Assembly: GCA_002633005.1 (NCBI GenBank)
Contig: NMRA01000101.1
Coordinates: 883,151-947,150 of the forward strand
DNA from: Phoronis australis
Taxonomy: Eukaryota; Animalia; Phoronida
Direction: 5' to 3'
Length of the DNA stretch: 64,000 nucleotides
In this document: positions 14,210 to 29,200 of the stretch, one piece after another
Position numbering within the stretch: the first letter of the stretch is position 1
Layout of the letters: each line of letters begins with the position of its first letter
The notes under the pieces: generated by a model
What the model saw: only the letters and a program-made list of their open reading frames with translations
The model's database searches: none
Told to the model about the DNA's origin: nothing
Translations under genes and position numbers: made by a program

Positions 14210-17200
14210 TTAAGGAGAGCTGGGACGAATGGTGTTTTTCAAAATGGAGAAGCCTTCTCGTTTGATGGGTGGTATCTCTGTTGCCTGGTCCACTATACTG
14301 AACACAAACTGGACACAGCCAACTTTAACATAACTGCCATGGTGCAGTAGAGCCGTACCTTCCCAGCCTGCACCACTGCCCCCTATCAGGCTTGAGCTGC
14401 TGGTACGACAATTGCAAGGACGAAACACCTGAAATAATGAAAAACACCAATCAGATTTTAATGTGGCTTTAAAACCAACACAGTACTAAATAAATCATAT
14501 ATATACTAACGATATCCATATTTTTAAAATCCTCAGTGACAGGATGGTACTGCGCTGGATGCAATGACCAGTTACAGACTGACAACAAGCGACCACCAAC
14601 ACACAGAATACAGACTGACATAGTATACAGACTGACAACAAGTGACCACCTACAGACAGCATACTCACTAACAACAAGTGACCACCAACAGACAGCATAC
14701 AGACTGACAACAAGTGACCAACTACTGACAATATACTGACTGACAACATGCTACTATCTACACACAGCAGACTGACAAGTGACCACCTACTGACAGTATA
14801 CTGACAGACAAAAAGTGACCACTTCCAGACAGCAAACAGACAAACAACAAGTGACCAACTACTGACAGTATACTGACTGACAACATGTCACCATCTACAC
14901 ACAACATAGACTGACTGACAAGTGACTACCCACAGACAAACCAGTGACCAACTAAAGACAGCATACAGACTGACAACAAGTGACCACCTACAGACAGTAT
15001 ACTGACTGACAACAAGAGACCACCTATGTACAGTATACAAACTAAAGAATTGACTCCAAAGTTGCCAGACAGGTTTGCCGCTTCTTTATAGGCAACACAC
15101 GAATTGTGATAAATAGCAACATACACTCATTGCAGTATCCGCTGACGTCACTGCATTGTGTTCTCACCTTCCTCACAGGTAAAGGTGACACCTGTCGGCC
15201 TACTGAGGCTGCCAACCATAAGGTAACATGAACACAGACTGGTTAAAAGTATGAAAAGTAAGATAAATCAGGCTGCACATGTACTTAATTTCCCTATCAA
15301 AATAACTGTCACTGATACAAACAAATGTAATCATACATTTTTTAGCCTTCAAGCCATACCTGATTAGCATGCTGACTCATTGTCAGTCTCTCCTGTGATT
15401 CTGTTTCTGATCGCTGAGATTTCTTTCCATTTTTTCCAATAATGTCACGCACAGATTTGATTAAAGCGGTTGGCTGTGGAGTTGTAGCGGCCTTCTCAGA
15501 GAAGTCACATGAGTACAAAACATTGTCCACTGTGGTGCCATGTTCACTGTAGTTCAACAGTTCAAAGTGTCGTGACGTCTGCAAAAGTAAAAAATTCCTT
15601 GCAAATACGGTATACTCATTGCCACAACTTTTGCGATCATTCGGTCATTTAACAATTCTTTGATTCATTAGCAGACTTTATTTACAACAAGATTTCCCAA
15701 GCTACAGGTCTGTTCACGCACTTCTGTCTTCACTCTCAGTGAGCCAACAGTGTTAAAACATAAAATTCAAGTAAATCTTGGGGTGGGCGTAAGTGCAGGC
15801 CATGGGCAAAACTCCGATATATTGGCAACACGGTAAAATACAACTCTTTATATATTCTGTGCGACCACCATATTGTCAAATTTGCACTGTTGTGCGATGG
15901 GATACTCAAATAATTTGAGCAAAAAATGACCAATGTTTTAAAATGTCTGAATGGAAATAATCAAGTTTCTTCACATTCAACCAGACCTGTCTTGCACTTT
16001 GACAATTTTGAGCCTTCTTGACATGAACCAGCCAATTGCGATGTATTTTGCCATCAACTAAACATTGGTAAAATGGAACTCTTATGGTTCCCAGTGCTCA
16101 TCCAGGTTTCTAACAACTACCAGACACCAACAAGATACCCAGAATGGCAAACAATGCTTTAACTTGTTACCAGCTGATGTACACAATGACGCATCTCATG
16201 TATAACAGTCTGAAATGTCATTTACGGAGTGATGCGTTCATAATTTAACGGAATCCAGAAGAATTTAATCAACCTGAAAATTTATCTAGGATAACCGGAA
16301 AATTTAACTAAAAATGACATTAAAAGCAGTTGTCTTCCCTTTAATTGCCAGTGAACAAGACTGTTAGACAGGTGATTATCGTTAGCAAAATCAACTGACG
16401 TTTGAGTAAATAATACGACTGTTGGAGAAAGCACAACAGACTAGGGCAGGCAGCACTAGCTGACTTGAGTAGCATTCATACTTGATTTTTAATAGTGACA
16501 ATAGGCTGACAATAGACTCACCTCATCATAGAAGATACAGGCATGTTTTGGCGAAACATAGTTGCAGTGTCCAAACTGTGTGAGACATACATCCATGTTG
16601 GCACCTGACAATGTGAAATTTATACTGCACTCACAGTTCACACAAATAACAAATATCAATGGTGCCACCATAATCACACTCAAGTTTATTGCTTAAATAA
16701 GAGCACTCCCAAGTGTTTAAATGTGCCCACTACTGCACCACAAACGGTACACTTTTAGGGGTGTTTATTAATATCATGCTATATATAAAATAACACGGCC
16801 AGGTGGGAAGTACTGTCACCAACTTGATAGAGACAGAAACAAAACTATTTCTCAAATTTTGAGAATATCCAACAAGAAACAAGGTAGACAAAGAGTGATG
16901 CCCAAAGAAAACCACTAGGTGATGCCACAGTTGTCTGATTCATCCCAAAATCAAGTTCAAGTACACTCTCAACAACAGGAACACTTACAACATATTTCCT
17001 GAAGATCTACCAACGAACTAGGCAAATATCGAGGCACAGACAAAAAAAAATTACCATTAGGGGGCACACTAGTTACTTGCAAAAATTTACATCAATCATG
17101 ATCATCTTAATACAAACACATCTGTAAAATTTCAAAATGATCATTAAAGTGCTTTTGGCAAATGAAGTGGTGGAAACCCAAACAATAAAAATACCCATTA

Positions 17201-20200
17201 GGGGGCACAAAATATGTTAAATCTATATAATCAACAGGAAATAAAAGCAGTTCATACATGGTAAATTGCAGGGTAAAATTCATGGCCGTCATTAACCACG
17301 GTTCATTGTCGAACATCAGAAAGTCATGAACTATTGTTATGCTATGCACAGCTGGAGAGGTAAGGGCTATTCCAGTAAAATCCATGTGGGAGGGGGGGGG
17401 GGGACAGNNNNNNNNNNNNNNNNNNNNNNNNNNNNNNNNNNNNNNNNNNNNNNNNNNNNNNNNNNNNNNNNNNNNNNNNNNNNNNNNNNNNNNNNNNNNN
17501 NNNNNNNNNNNNNNNNNNNNNNNNNNNNNNNNNNNNNNNNNNNNNNNNNNNNNNNNNNNNNGAAAAAATGTTCATTGAAATTATAGACACATGGTGAACA
17601 GAGACACCTGGTGGCTGCCAAAAGTATTGCTCACAGGCTACTTTAGTTTTTGACAATATTGGACAAGACAACTAGTTCTTGTCTGTCAATCATCTAAGTT
17701 CTTAACAGGTCCTTCTGGAGGCAATTTGTTTGCGAGTGTTGGATTTTATATTTTAACCTATTAAAAATAATTAAAAATTATGGGTCATGGGTTGGAGAAA
17801 TAAATGAAAAATATGGGCGGTGGGTACGAAATAAAAGTACCTTCCCCCCTCCCATACAGATTTTGCTGGAACAGCCCTAATCAGTTTTTGCTGATTTGAA
17901 TAGTATTTTCGGTAATAGTCACTTAAAGAGGCATGGAACGCGAAAGCTCTTCAAAAATATCTTTTAAACAATTTCTGATTAAGCACCATCTCGCAACGTC
18001 AAGTACAAAGTAATTCACTTTCCCCTGTGAGGAAATTTCTAGAAAAATCAGAAAATTCATGATTTTTGAAATATGCAGGAACGAAAAACTCTGTGGTTTC
18101 TAATCTCCCTCCCACCTACGATATATGCGTGCATGTGCTCACAGTCAGTTGCTTGAAGTCACTTGAGGTCAAAGTTAAAATTTTTCCTCCCCCCTTCCCT
18201 TCCCTCCCTCCCATCAATTGGTGCCAATACCCAGACCTGTGCACCACCAAAACTGCATTGGAGTACTCTGAACACCAGATTTGCAGATTTTTTTGGTAAA
18301 TCTGCAGATTTTTGTGTACAGACCGAATTTACCCTAAAATATAGGGGGGGGGTTGAATTTTTTGCAGAGGGCCTTTCTCTAACTAAAATACAAAAAAAAA
18401 CAATGGGTTTGCTCAGTGCTTCGTTTTCTTGAACTTTTGGTTTCATTCAAGCCCCCCTGGGTACGCGCATGGGTACTTTTCCTACTTACTTGCCTCTGCA
18501 CCAGTAGTGAATTGATCACCAATTTTCAGAATAATTTAAGTTGTTTAGTTGAGGGACAACGCGCTTAGCGAAAAGATCCTGTTAATCAATAGAAAATGTC
18601 CTTACTGAACTTAATTATGTTACTTCAGGGTACTTTACTCACATACATTTTGGATGAATTTTTCTGATATTTGTCTGCTTTCGTCAAAGTTACGGTGAAA
18701 ATTCAGAAGAAAAAAGATACAAAAGTAAATTATTCAGAATTTTGCAGGAAACGTTTTGCTCCAAAATTTCTCCAATTTTTAATGAAAAGAAAGATTATCA
18801 ACTTTTTTGAAATCCACTGTAAGTCTTAAAATTGACATCAAAATTTTTTATAGATATGTAATTTGTAAACCGGCGTGGAAATGTACATTGCAAACACTTC
18901 TAAGTCTGGTCAGCACGTCACCTGTTGGCCACACCATGTGACCTAATTAACATAAGTCTGAAAAGATTTCTGTCCCAACCAGGACTTGAACCCGGGACCT
19001 TCTGCTAATTGTCATTAGGTCATACGATGTGGCCATAGGTAGCGTGCTGACCAGACTTAAAAATGTCTGCATTATTGAAAGTTTTGTTATGTACTCTCCA
19101 TCGATAAAAATCTTGTTTGAGAGTTGTTTTTGTTGTCTCACTCACCTGTACCAATATTTAAAGTTCTGTAAGGCATGGGTATAGACTGCCCTCTACCAGT
19201 GAGTGGGCATAACACGGCTCTCGCCTGCACATCATTTGAACCTAAGGATACACCAATGGACAGACAAATAGTGAATGCCACAGATTTTAAATTAGAAACA
19301 AAACAGATTTAGATATAATTCATTCATTTTATAAAAGTTAAGTTATATCAATGTCTACCCATGTTTCGAAAAATTTCTAAAGGGAGGACCATGGTCTGAA
19401 TTTTGGAGCCACAGTTACAAAGACTTCCACAGCCTGCCCCAAAATTAAGTGTCCGCCAGTGTCAAACAACAATGAAAAGACTCAGCACTAGTCAAACAAA
19501 ATGAACAGTTGTCAGCCAGGGTGAAAAATGAACAGTGTCCACCAAGGTAAGACAGACATGAACAGTGTTAGCTAGGGTCAAACAAAAACAAGGCTCTATG
19601 AGGGGCCATAGTTTATGCTAGCATGTTCTTAACTTAATATCTACATACACCTAAGCTAAATGTGCAGTACTAGAAAGGCAAGAAACACCATTTTCCAGTA
19701 TTTGCCTGCCCTGGGGCTTGGGTACTGTGGCATCAAGCAAAGTTCAGTAGCCTAAACATCAAGTGAGTTCTTGTTGTCTTGACACTAACACCACAGAGAG
19801 ACAATCAACACAAAGCGCCCAGGACAGTACTCACCAGAGGGAGACACTTGACACAAAGTACCCACAACAATACTCACCAGAGGGAGACACTCAACACAAA
19901 CTACCCAGAACAATACTCACCAGAGGGAGCCACTCGACACAACCTACCCAGAACAATACTCACCAGAGCGAGACACTTGACACAAACTACCCAGAACAAT
20001 ACTCACCAGAGGGAGACAGCAGACCGTTGAGTAGCCCATTCTTGCTAGACATACCAGTGTGTTTCTGAGGCAGCAACTGCTGCAGACGCTGATAGGCAAG
20101 GATTTGCACCAACCGTTCGTCTATTTTACTCAGCTCAGCTTCTGCAATCACATCACAGCATACAGCATTTCACCCAAAATTAACATTTATTTTTAGAGCC

Positions 20201-23200
20201 ACACTCCCATGTTTTCTTTATGACTGCTGCATAGTGTGTCAGCAGGTGCTCCGGCACACCTTTTCAGTTTAATAAGTCAAATATTAGGTTGGCACAAAAT
20301 TCACATATAAAGCCATGCAAAATTGTGCTGACAGGGCTTAAAGCAAATTGAAAAAAGTACAACTCCAGCAAGATTCACCCTGTGAACAGGACAGCAATGT
20401 TTTAATCATTTCTAAACCTTGCTTTAGTCGTCTCCAAGAATGACACCAGGACTGACCATAATTAGCTTACTGCAGAAAACTAGATTGTTCATATAGAGTC
20501 AATCTGCATCCGCCATTTCAACAAGGTTAAAGTCCAACAGTCACTTGAATGATTAAAAGCTTAGTTGACACTCTACTGTATGTTGATAACAAATATGTCA
20601 ATTAAACTTCATGTGAAGACCCAACTAAATATAAGCTGGACAAAGTTTTTCAACTTCAACTTGAAAATTTGGTTCATAAAACTACTGGTGAGTGGCCCAT
20701 CCCAAGTGAGGCCTTCAAGCAGAGTGGTCATAGGTATCAGTAAATGATGAGGACATGCAGTCAAGAAATAATAGAATGCTTATCTGGAAGTACAGAAGGG
20801 TTACATCAGTAAAAGATCCGATTATTTTGTGTGACAAATAGGCATGCGTGTATTGAGAAAATGATAATAAAACTAATCCAATGTCGAAATTTGAATTCTT
20901 GTTACATAACAGCATGCCAAAGAGAAAGTAATGTCCAGGGACACGTAACATATTTTAAGTGACAAGCCACGTGTCTTATAAGAATAAAGTTAATGCTTGT
21001 ACAGACAAAATCAGATCGCTGTATAAGCATAAACAAAACAAGCTTTTGAAACCTTTGTGTTTCTCTATTGTTGCAACTTAGCAAAATCTTATAGGATGTA
21101 TTACCAATTAACTTATTCCTAACCTTTTGTCAGCAGTGTAAGCCACCATTATGAAAGTAACATCCTCTGAAGGGTGAACAATTTGTTAAACTGTTCTGCA
21201 TAATTTTTAGCTATTCTGAAATGTAATTTTAAGTTAACTTTGAAAAGAGGAAAACACTATGGATCGCATGCTATTATGTTAAGTTTGTGCAGAGCACATC
21301 GCAGCATGGAGCATCTCTTTTACCAGATATTCCATCATCTCATAGATAACTTAGTTGTAACCTCTTGTCTACAAACTCCTGATAGTTGTATACAACAAGT
21401 CGATTACTCAGTCGTACACTACTAATAAGAGTGGGCAGACTGGACCTTAAGGAATATCCTACTGCAACATTTAATGCTAATTTGGATTCCCAACACATCG
21501 ATAAAGCAGGCATATGGCTGAACATCAATGTGGGAGAGACCGGTAACTTGAGGTAACAAAACAAATGTGAAGCAAGAGTGTCATAACAAAAGCAGCATTT
21601 ACAAAGATGAGACGGAGTATTGAGATGATTTCTTGTAGTTCACCCGCTTGTAAAGGCCGTAAGAGCTCAAAAAGCTGGTGTCAATCATATGGCGCCTGAA
21701 GATGAAGAAAAAGCAAGACCCAAGCTATTTATTTCGTTACCTAAACTTAATTAGTCAGAGTTCTGCCTAGGCTCTTTGGTAACAGACATTTCTTACCAGC
21801 CCTGAAAAATGTTTTGAGGACTCTACGTTTTGGTAGGGCATAAATTATTGTGTTGTAATGTGGTATCTCTTCTGTGTCAGGATAGTAAACATAAAGAGCA
21901 ATTTCAGGTCTCCATACAACACGAACACTCAACAGATTCTGACATCACGTTGCCACGACTGTACTGACACTAATTCAGATTGGCAGTAGAGTCAACTGAA
22001 CTCTTTTCCACCGTCGCTTGCATTGCCTTGAAGCCAATCTTCACTTTCTTACTTAATCTCTGATGCACATAGCTTCAAATAAATATGGTCGCAGTCCTGA
22101 GTCAGTCATAAAGTTATCATTATAGCCAAAGTAACTATATCCATCTCCCAGAACGTGTAGATAATGCACTGTGTGAAATCAGCCCATCACAGCTGGACAC
22201 TGTGACACTACACACTTATTGATACCTGTAGGCGTTGACATCTGCCAACATTGAGAGGGCTGAAAAAGCCTTGGCAATGGCAACTCACATCGATTCAAAA
22301 ATACTTCACAGTAAAATATTGCTTTAACAGAGTCCAGGCGCTGTAACAGTGATTACCTGCATTGCCGTCTATACAGGCTTGTAGTGTGTTGTTCAGGTTG
22401 AGTATAGCTGGTGATGTACTAAGAGTGTTGACTGCAGTCATCCTGGATGATACACTGCTACTGTTGGTGGGCCGCACTGAAATGGACAGCATCATGATGT
22501 ACAAGAATGCCCTCTGTAGTGAAAAGTTTGATGCAAACTGAAAACTTTAAAAAATTAGGATAGCGTTAGTCTCAGTTGGGAGTACAACTTTTGATACAAA
22601 AGCAGCACAAACCGCAGAAATGTGACCACAACTGAACTGAAAAATGTATACTTTTAGGGCTATTTATGAGTATAATAAAAATGGCCACTAGGTGACACAG
22701 GACCTGTCAAGCCCATTCGGGAATGGGAAGGCGATGTCAGCATCGTCTCCCGAACAGAAATCTATTTGACTCATTTCATGAAAGTACACCAAGGAACTCA
22801 TACAGAGGCATATGTTATAAAATGAAGTTGCCACAATGATGCACAGCACCCACTGGATCCATCTGAAAGAAGTTGTCACGTTCAACGGAATCCTTCAAGA
22901 GTTATGGAGCAACAGCTGTGGACGCAAAAACAAAATTGCCAACATGGGAACGCCACAGTAGTTGGACCCATCCAAACATCTAAAAACCAACATCAGCTGT
23001 GGTCTACATAGCAGAAACATTGTCTGCCTATTATGATCCCTGAAGCAGTTAGGCAGATAAAGAGGCAGACACCATAAACAAACTTGAAAATAACAGGTAG
23101 CCCAATTCCATCTGTCAAGACAGGAAAGCATCGCCATCTTATAATAAAATGACATTTTGCCAAGTTTCCTGAAAATCAGTCAACAAACTTCAAAGTAGAT

Positions 23201-26200
23201 GCCCAGACAGCGATGGCGTCAATACACGAAACGAGTCCCACCCATGCATTGCCGTAGGACAAGATGAAATAAGTAAACATTCATCAAACAATGTGATTAC
23301 TCAGTGACACAGCTACTCCCATAAAAGGCACATAGTTCACTTTTCTCCCCCACTGTATTGGTTTTGTAGAGGAGCCAAAGGGTAGCCAGTTTAATCTCAT
23401 ACCTGCACTTGTGGAAATCATAAAGTAAGAAAATCATGTTATACTATACCACTTAATTCAGCCATATAAACGAATAACATCCAAGGCTCAGAACTAATCA
23501 TTTAGTGGAAGTCCAATCTATGCGTGTGGCAACAGAAACAGGCCAGACGAGGCTGGTAGCTTACAAAAGCTTGACCAGTTTTAAATTCCCTATAACGTTG
23601 ACACTGTTAGTACTCCATACATTCCTATTACTTGATTTTATCAACCATATCTAAATAGACTACAAAATCAGACCAACTAAATTCTAAACGTCTGTTACCT
23701 GGTCCTGGTGCCGATACAGTGATGAGCCTGGAGCTAGCAGTGACTCCAGAGCCAGACACCACTGTCACCTTGTTAGGCAGGCTACTTTTGCTTGAACCTG
23801 ACATCACCACACGAGGCGAGAGTATAGAGGTGGCAGTCGACTTCATACTACTGGCTACTCCCTTGGTAATCAAAGGTGTACACTGTTTATTCACTACAAT
23901 ATTTTTCCCTGAATGACTTGCATTGCTCGATGATATCTTCACCAAAGTTGGCACAGGCTTTCCCACAACCGAGTCTGATTTGGATTTGCTCAACTCGTGC
24001 GATGTTAACCGCACATCGGATCCCAAGTCGCTCGATGGCGACGCTATCTGACTATGATTTAATAAAGAAACTGGCCCATTTGGCTTGGTAGTGTCCATAC
24101 TCTCCTGAGTTCCATTCACTAATACTTGGTCTAACACTCGACTACACCCAGCAGCACTGCCCGAAGAACACAGACTGCTGTTTGAGGGCGTGGGACTGGG
24201 TGTGTCGCTACGTTCCTGTTTTATCGGTAGCACAGATGCGGTTGGCTTGTGCGACAAGTCTGACTTAGTACAGGTACTACTCATACTGTGTTTCTTCTGA
24301 ATCTGCTTCTGCACTAAGAATTGAGATATGCTGCTCTGTAGTGAGATGACACTGGATAACCACTGGAAAGAAAAAGAAGAACATTGCTTATATACAAGGG
24401 AGAAATACGATTTTTGATATACACTCACATGTGGTGCATGGCAAACTGAACAGTACATCTGCTCATTACATGTGATACAATTGCACTCACATTCATAAAA
24501 TATGCTGAGCCAGCTCATTATATGTGATACAACCCCACTCACATTCAGAGTATGTAAGTCTTTTTAACTAGACCGAAACTAATATCAAGCAAAATAATAA
24601 TCTCCCATCCAGAAATGTTCTCCCAAAAGTACTGAATAAACCCCCTTGTTGAGACCAAAATGACTAAACGGTGGTACTGCAGAGACCGAATCTGCTAAAA
24701 AATCAACTGGTGCTAGCGCCTGTCAAGTTCCATTGAAATATGTTCATTAGTTCTTGGTACATCATCTGGAAACAATCTTCCCCCAAAATATCGAAAAGCC
24801 TCGGGCAGGGCATAATAAAAAGTGGCACGTATCATCCTACTTTGTAACTACAAATCAACAAAAAACTACCACTAGTGGCTGCACGAGAACACAACTTGTC
24901 ACATTTACGCGAAAACATCCAGCTTGTGCCTAGTTCCAGCTGATGCCCATTCCCAGCTGATGCCCAGTCCTTGATAATAACATATCTACTAAATTTTATG
25001 CCCCCAATAAATTCTCTGCACGTTTCAACAGACATTTTAATCTTTTCTAGACTGAACACTTGACAACAGTACCACTGTTACCAAGCTCATTAAGATGTTA
25101 GAGAGGAGTACATGGGACAGTCAATAGTCGACCCACCTCTTCTTGCTCTTCCAGACTCGAGTCAGCAGGGGGTGTCACTGTTCTCTTGGGTACAGGCGCT
25201 GCTACCTCTACCTTGTGTGAAGCCATTGGTAGTAGGGGTGGTGGTAACATATACTGGTCCTTGATGGACTGAGGTACCTGTAGGGGCATACAGGGATACA
25301 GTTACACTAGCACAAGACAGTTGTCTTTAGAGTACCATTAACAACACTTAACTATCCTTTCTACATTTAACATAGTCCTGACTGCAATGTGTGTGGCTAT
25401 AACTCATTGAAATACTATAAAATAAACGAACAATGAATAAACCTGTTGCTGCACCACACAACTACATTACTTTGGGCAATTCCCATTTAAGAAATTTAAA
25501 TGGGGAAAGCAACCATGTTTGATGTTGCCTACATTTAAATAAACATTCCTGATTATTTTGGCAAGGTGTTTTTAATTAGGTCTATCAACAGTTTCCCCGG
25601 CCCTCTACTGTGGAGCACAGTGCATGAAGCAGGTTGTCTGACATTTTCATCCAAACCTAATCAGGTATATAGCTGAGATGTTTCAAAGTGTGTCGAATAT
25701 GAACATTTCTCTTTGGTTTCACACCCTCAGGCTAAAGCTGCACTAAACTTGATTGCAGGAGGAACATTACAGATTAAGTTTATCCAGTGAAGGGGTCATA
25801 TTAAAGCATGTTTAGGTTTTTACATTTAATGGAATTTAAGACTTATTAAGCAGATTGTTTACAAATTACATATAGTCCAGTGTTTCCCAGCATGAAAAAA
25901 GGTGGGTGGCCCGCAACGCTCCTTTCTTCCCCACCACTCGTAATCTTGCCCAAATTGACAGCCACACTCACCTAATCTTGATGGCACAACTTCACCGCTA
26001 CGTAAAATTGCTACTAAAAATACATAAGTTTCATGGCTACTGTCAATGTTTGTGGATCGAACGAGAAAAACAATAGTTTAAAATTGGATTTGAACTTTTC
26101 CCTTTGTGAAACAATCATTTTATCTCCTTCCTTCCTCACGTTTGCTTAGTGACCTGACTCACATTCAATACTGCCTGGTTATTCGACAAGGCACAGTAAC

Positions 26201-29200
26201 TGAATACAGTTGGGGACCAGGCAAAGACTTTGGCATTTCTAAAATTGCAAAGCACCAGTGAACACTGATGAAATGGGTGGAGAAATGGTAAACTATTTCA
26301 TTTTATCGTGTTCACGTTTACTAGAGGTTGTACAACAATGAGAATTATATTGCACGAAAAAGTTTACTGAGCCATAGACCAGACTAATTATCTCGGTCTG
26401 TAGTTGTCTACATGGAATGGATGAGTAAATAGTCTGCAGGGAACGGATGAGTATATCGTCTGCTATGTAAGCTAACACCGATCCAACCGATTTGACTTGG
26501 GCAGGACTATAATAATCGATAACGGAAGTTTCATGATACAAGTATGAACAAGCTCAAATATATATTTCGTACGTGCCTAGAGCCAGAGCATTCACTTTCA
26601 ACAAGTAGACTGAAGCCATGTCCTGGTGTGTCCGCTTCCTAAAGCAACTTATTTAATTGGTGATTGAAATACGTTGGAATTATAGACAAAACTTATCACA
26701 CACAGTGGTCAAACAATGACAATTTACTGCGGTGCCGGGCTGCGCATCCACAGCGACAATTCACCACTACTCTCCTTTGAAACTCAGGCAATCAGGGGAT
26801 CCCATTTCCCGTACTCTCATATGGCAACGGGCTCTGCATCCCATTGGGACCATTCACCACCATGCTCCTTTTGAAACCCAGGGGAAACACTGATAGTCCA
26901 TTTAAGTGTCATAAAATTTGCATTTTATGGAATGTCTATCCACAAATAGTTGCTTGTATTTAGCAGTTTACTTCCTTTGAACTTACGTAATTGAAATAAA
27001 TAGTGTGCAAAGTCACCCGCATTACATTTAGACTGCAATACAAGAATATCACTTAAGAAACTGGAGTTGATCAAGTTGCCATCACACACTACATCACATG
27101 ACAACAAACAATACACACCCCATGGTATAAGAACTATGACTAGTACTAGGACAAGGAAACAATTTTCACACCTTATGTTAACAGGAATAAAATCTGGCAA
27201 GATTAATTGTGAATTCTAACTTTAACAATCATCCTTTAACTGCACTCTTGTGGGTGTAGAAACATAAGTGGTAACAGAAAACTTACCGTTGAACTTTTAC
27301 GTCCTGGATGTCGAATTTTTATCCTGAATGGTGGATTTTGTCTGTGCACTTTCTTCAGAAAGGTAATCTTTGTGCCATGCTGGTCAACTGGGCAGGCAAA
27401 TTTATCCCACAATTTGACACGCTCCGTCAAACCTGCAGTCTTCAATAACTTTTCCTCTAGGAAATTCTCTGCATGGTTCGGACACATCCACCTGCCAGAG
27501 GGCATGGAGGTAAGGGGTGGATCAAGGCAATCCAGATGAAACAAAAGTGGGCAGTAATCGCACTGCAACAAAGGTGCCTTGCGACAGCTCCTGCAAAACA
27601 AGGAACATCAATTTTCACGAACCTAAATCACTAAGAAGAGTTTTGTTGTAAAACATATTCAATGGACAACAGATTTACTCAGAATCAAAGTTTTCGATTT
27701 TATGTTCACTTTCATCATGTTTTTTAATGAGAAGAATGTTAGTACATACCTGCAACAGACAAAGCACACCTTTGCAGGTAGAGGCACCATGCCGTTGTCT
27801 AATTCATGCGCCACTTTCTTGGAGCTTCTATTGGTTTCCTTCCACCATTTTCTTTTACTTGTACCTACAACACAGAACTGGCTCGACAAAAATCTAATAT
27901 AACCAAGACACCAAATTCAACAACTAGACGAGGTTCTTGAAAGGAATAACCAAGAACGAGAAGCGACATTTGGGGAAATCCACGAGGTCGACAAAACCAA
28001 GAACACGAACAACCATGACCCTGACACTTATTATGCCGCAAACCGGTAAAAGTGCATGAGTCAATAAAAGAACAGTCATCAAATGAGAAAACCTTGAATT
28101 ACCCGAGAACAGTAACTCGTAGTGAAAAAACAATAACACACTTCAGATAGTCCTCCAGGAGATCTATTTACATACTAAATTTCAAATGGTTCTGTAAAAG
28201 AATCACAGAGCTATGATTATTCGAAAAATGGCCGCAACAGTATTTTCTGACCAATTTTGCACAAAAACCATAGTCCTATATCTATTGATGAGATAAATAT
28301 TGTTTGTGAATTTCGTGTTTATCAGCCGAATGATGCGACGTGTAGCACGGATGATAGACCAACAACAGTGCAATGAAGAATAAGTCAATAAAAGAACAAT
28401 CATCTCACTAGTAAATCTCGAGAATGGTGAGTTGTAGCGAGAAATGAGTTTCACACTGCAGGTAGCACTTGACGAGATCTCGCCACATACCAAACTTCAG
28501 ACAGATCCAGGGAAGTCAGAGACAAAGCATCATAACACAAGCCCGGCCATTGGGAAATCTCAAATAACTAGAGAAAAGTCAGTCGTAGCAAAAAACAAGT
28601 AGTACAGTGGTGATAGATCTATCCCAATAGCAATTTTCAAAAAGATGTCACAGCGCCATATTGTCGGAAATCAACAAAAAAACAAAAGGCCTCAAGATAT
28701 TAATGAGACAAGCTGTAGGTAAATCTCATGACAAACAGACAAAAAATGCGACCTGTAGCAACAAATAAACAGAAACTTCATGGACAAGCAAGACACTTGG
28801 TTTTCAAGTAAAAATACACTACGTTCAACAACTAGAATAAGAAACATGAATGATAACATATATTAAGATCAACTAGATCATAGTCTTGGAAGGAATGACA
28901 AAAAAGAACAACTGAAATTTTAACACAATTGTTTCTACGTTGTGAAATCAAAATTCAAAAAGCTGTTGCATAACACAGGACCTTGTTCAAGTGAGAATAG
29001 TTGTGACTTTACTAGCAAAGTATGAGAGTAGAGGACATTAGCCAAGATTCATGCCATGACTGACAGGCACATGACATAAAGTTGCCCCAAATTCAGCTCA
29101 CCAGGTAGCGCTTGATGCAGCAGCATGTTCTTTGGCATCTCAAACTGCTTTGGGTTCATAGCTTGAGCAGCCTTAATCAAGGCGGCAAATGGACCGGTAT

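Noticed and set aside
14495-14749. Repetitive ORFs (also 19763-20068, 53599-53841, 11650-11853)
   Set aside because: By-products of tandem repeats and microsatellites within introns or UTR.
17326-17671. ORFs containing long X runs
   Set aside because: Artefacts of the N gap.
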